Assembly: GCA_964016885.1 (NCBI GenBank)
Contig: OZ024743.1
Span: 222,580,001-222,644,000, forward strand
Direction of reading: 5' to 3'
DNA length: 64,000 nucleotides
Source: Eledone cirrhosa
Taxonomy: Eukaryota
Shown here: piece by piece, positions 61,276 through 64,000 of the stretch
Numbering within the stretch: the first letter of the stretch is position 1
Layout: each line of letters begins with the position of its first letter
Position numbers and translations under genes: made by a program
The notes under the pieces: model-generated
What the model was told of the DNA's origin: nothing
Seen by the model: only the letters and a program-made list of their open reading frames with translations
Databases searched by the model: none

Positions 61276-62317
61276 TTCTACCGCTCTTTCTACCTCTCTC
61301 TCTACCTACCTCTCTCTCTACCTCTCTCTCAATCTCTACATCTCTCTCTCTTTCTACCTCTCTCTCTCTCAATCTCTACATCTCTCTCTCTTACTCTCTC
61401 GCTCTCTACCTCTCTGTCTATCTCTTACTCTCGTACACATGCCAACATCTATCCATACATCCATACATCTCTACCTCTCTGTATCTCACACAACCACCAC
61501 CACCACCACCACCACAACAACAACAACAACAACACGCAAACACAACCAAAACAAGAACAACAAACCAACCTGCAAGCACAGTCCCACCCAACCCCACTCC
61601 ACCTAAAACCACTGCAAAAACACCCACAAACACAACAGCTCCCCAAAACATACCCCTTCCAAATAAGACACCACAACGGACGAGGCTCCCACATCATCAC
61701 CAAGTGATGATGAGGGAGAGCCTCTCCGTTCAAAAAGAAAGAAGAAAAGACACCACAAGAACAAAAAAACAACAAACATCACTACAAACATACAACCACC
61801 AACACAAACAACATAAACATTACAAACAAAAACCCTCCCGTTCCGAAAACAAAACCACGACATCACTCCAAACACAAACACCTACAACAAAACGAAAGCT
61901 CCCACAAGAACAACAGACAAAAACCACCGCAACACAACAAGAACATTACACATATATAAACAGTAAAAACAAAACTTTAATGGAGGTCATCTCCAACGAC
62001 CCTTTTCGAACTGTGTAGACAAACCTAATTTAAAGATGATTAGGGTCCCTACGGACACCTATAAGTCTTTAAAGGAAAACTTTCCTAAGGACGTGGGTAA
62101 TCCTTGTGTTAAACCCATTAACCGCGTCCTTTTAAAAAGTTTCCCCATCATCACCCCAGACGCCTCCACCCCACCAAACATCTCCGTCCCCACCCCGCCG
62201 GAAACCACCACCCACCCAGACAACCCCTCTAACACCCCATGGAAACCGTGCAGCCTGATCCTCGGGAGACGAAGAGGTGAGTGTTTTCTTCTCCTCTTTT
62301 AACTTTTCAGAACCAAC

Positions 62318-64000
62318 ATGGCCAATATAAGAGTTGGGTGTGTGAATGTACGTGGCCTGGGGATGCTCTGGAAACAGGGCAAACTCTTAAACGACCTCAG
62401 GTCGCACAGTATGGATGTAGTAGCCATTTGCGAGTCCAGGACCCACAGCGAGCGACAGCTGGCCCCCATCTTCGATGACTTTGAAATCTACGCATCTCTC
62501 TATCTCTCTGTCGGCCGGGGGGTGGGTGGGGTTGCCGTTTTGCTACGGAAACACCTGGGCCTCGTAACACAGACGGTACATCTGGAGCCGGAGGGTCGAC
62601 TGGTGGTCCTAGACGTTGACGGTAGTGAAGGTGGAGCCTTCAGGCTGGTGGCCGCATATACCCCATCCGGGACACCGCGGCCAGACTTCTTCAAACGTCT
62701 AGAGACTTTTCTGAGAACGTCCCGTTCCTTGATTTTAGTGGGGCAACTGGAATGGAATCCTAGATGCACATTGGGACTATGTGGGAGCATGTCCCGATAA
62801 AGTGTGTGGGGGGGGGGGGGGGGGGTGTAACAGCCTCAAACAGTTAATCGGCCGATTTGACCTGGCCGATAGATATCGACTAGATTTTCCGACTGTGCCA
62901 CTGTGGGCGTGGACTAATCTTAGCGGAACATCTAGATCGTACCTAGATAGGGTTCTAGTTAGAAATAAGGATAGGGACATGTTAAGCTGTCCACAAATGT
63001 TCATGGTTGCCTATTCAGATCACAAACTAGTGACCTGCATGGTCAACCTTGATAGAACCCATAGACAAGGACCCGGCTACTGGAAGCTGAATTTGTCGTT
63101 ACCGACATGCAAAGCCTACAGTAGACGGATTAGCACTTTAGTTAAACAGCACTTGACAGGGGCCATTGTCAACAACAGATAGTGGCACTCTCTCAAGAGG
63201 GCAGTTAGATTAGACTCGTTAGTTTTTAGTAAAGAATTAGCGTTAGATAGAAATAAAACCGAGAAAGAACTGGTAGATAAAGTAGAAGAGGCAATTAGAA
63301 GTGGCAACGTAGCCAGCGTGCTAGCAACGAGAACGTTCTTGGACCAGTTCTTCGACGAAAAGCACGAGGGCTGCGTTGTCAGAAGCAAAATACGTGCTCT
63401 GGGAAACGAGGGAGCCAAAGCTGTTAGCTGGGCCCGAGTGACGGAGGCAAAAAGTGGCAACAAGTCCACAATTCGGTCTTTGAAGGACCAAAACGGACGC
63501 GTGATACGTGAGCCAAAGCAGATGTTTGCGGCCTTTCAGCGGCACTTTGCTCAACTGTTCGGGCAGGGCGTCGCGCCGGGAGGGGCTATGGATTTCGGTC
63601 CATACCTCGACAGCCAACCGTGACTCTCGGACAGCGAGGCAAAGTTCTGCGAAAAGCCGATTTCAGCCGCTGAGATAGGGGACGCGCTGAGCCAATGCGG
63701 CAAACGCAAATCTCCAGGTCTCGACGGTCTACCCTACGAATTTTAAGTAGCAATGTCGGACTTATTCTCCGGTCTCCTGGAAGCGGTCTACTGCAACTGG
63801 CAACAGAACGGGAGAATTCCCAGTTCTGTGACCGGGACGGTAGTCACACTAGTCAGGAAGGACGAGAATAAGGAAACTTCCGGCCCATAACTCTGCTAAA
63901 CACAGAGTTACAGATTTTGGCCAAGGTGTTGGCAAAGAGGCTGGCGCTTGTCGTCGAGAACCTGGTGGGAGAAGCGCAGACATGCGCAATCCCGACCAGG
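62318..64000 (+). pseudogene. L1/Tx1-clade LINE ORF2 (APE + start of RT), frameshifted, runs off window; likely ORF1 remnant upstream (~61440-62300)
   Basis: VGCVNVRGL, AICESR, GGVAVLL, SYLDRVLV, SDHKLV, GPGYWKLN, KSPGLDGLPYEF, RPITLLNTELQILAKVL; same family as 49282-51550. Confidence 0.92.

Overview
AT-rich, microsatellite-saturated animal genomic DNA. The SINE, RTE and (TA)n landscape strongly suggests a coleoid cephalopod such as octopus (inference). Most long ORFs in the track are artefacts of satellites. Real coding content is: an intact 1181-aa RTE-clade LINE ORF with three C-terminal C2H2 fingers (38163-41708, -); decayed RTE, L1/Tx1, CRE-like and Penelope-like (GIY-YIG) pieces; and a probable signal-peptide first coding exon of a host gene (17648-17720, -) that the ORF track misses. 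Main findings: (1) many unrelated small Penelope-type elements sit in dinucleotide microsatellites, carry type I hammerhead ribozyme folds (several with a recurring CCGANGA core and a long stem II), and include fold-back remnants, some hinged at the ribozyme; (2) a 155-bp bipartite non-autonomous derivative of the intact RTE; (3) a Tx1-like LINE whose 3' ends repeatedly abut (GATA)n, with a 20-bp target-site duplication in one case. Coordinates were counted by eye and may be off by a few bases.
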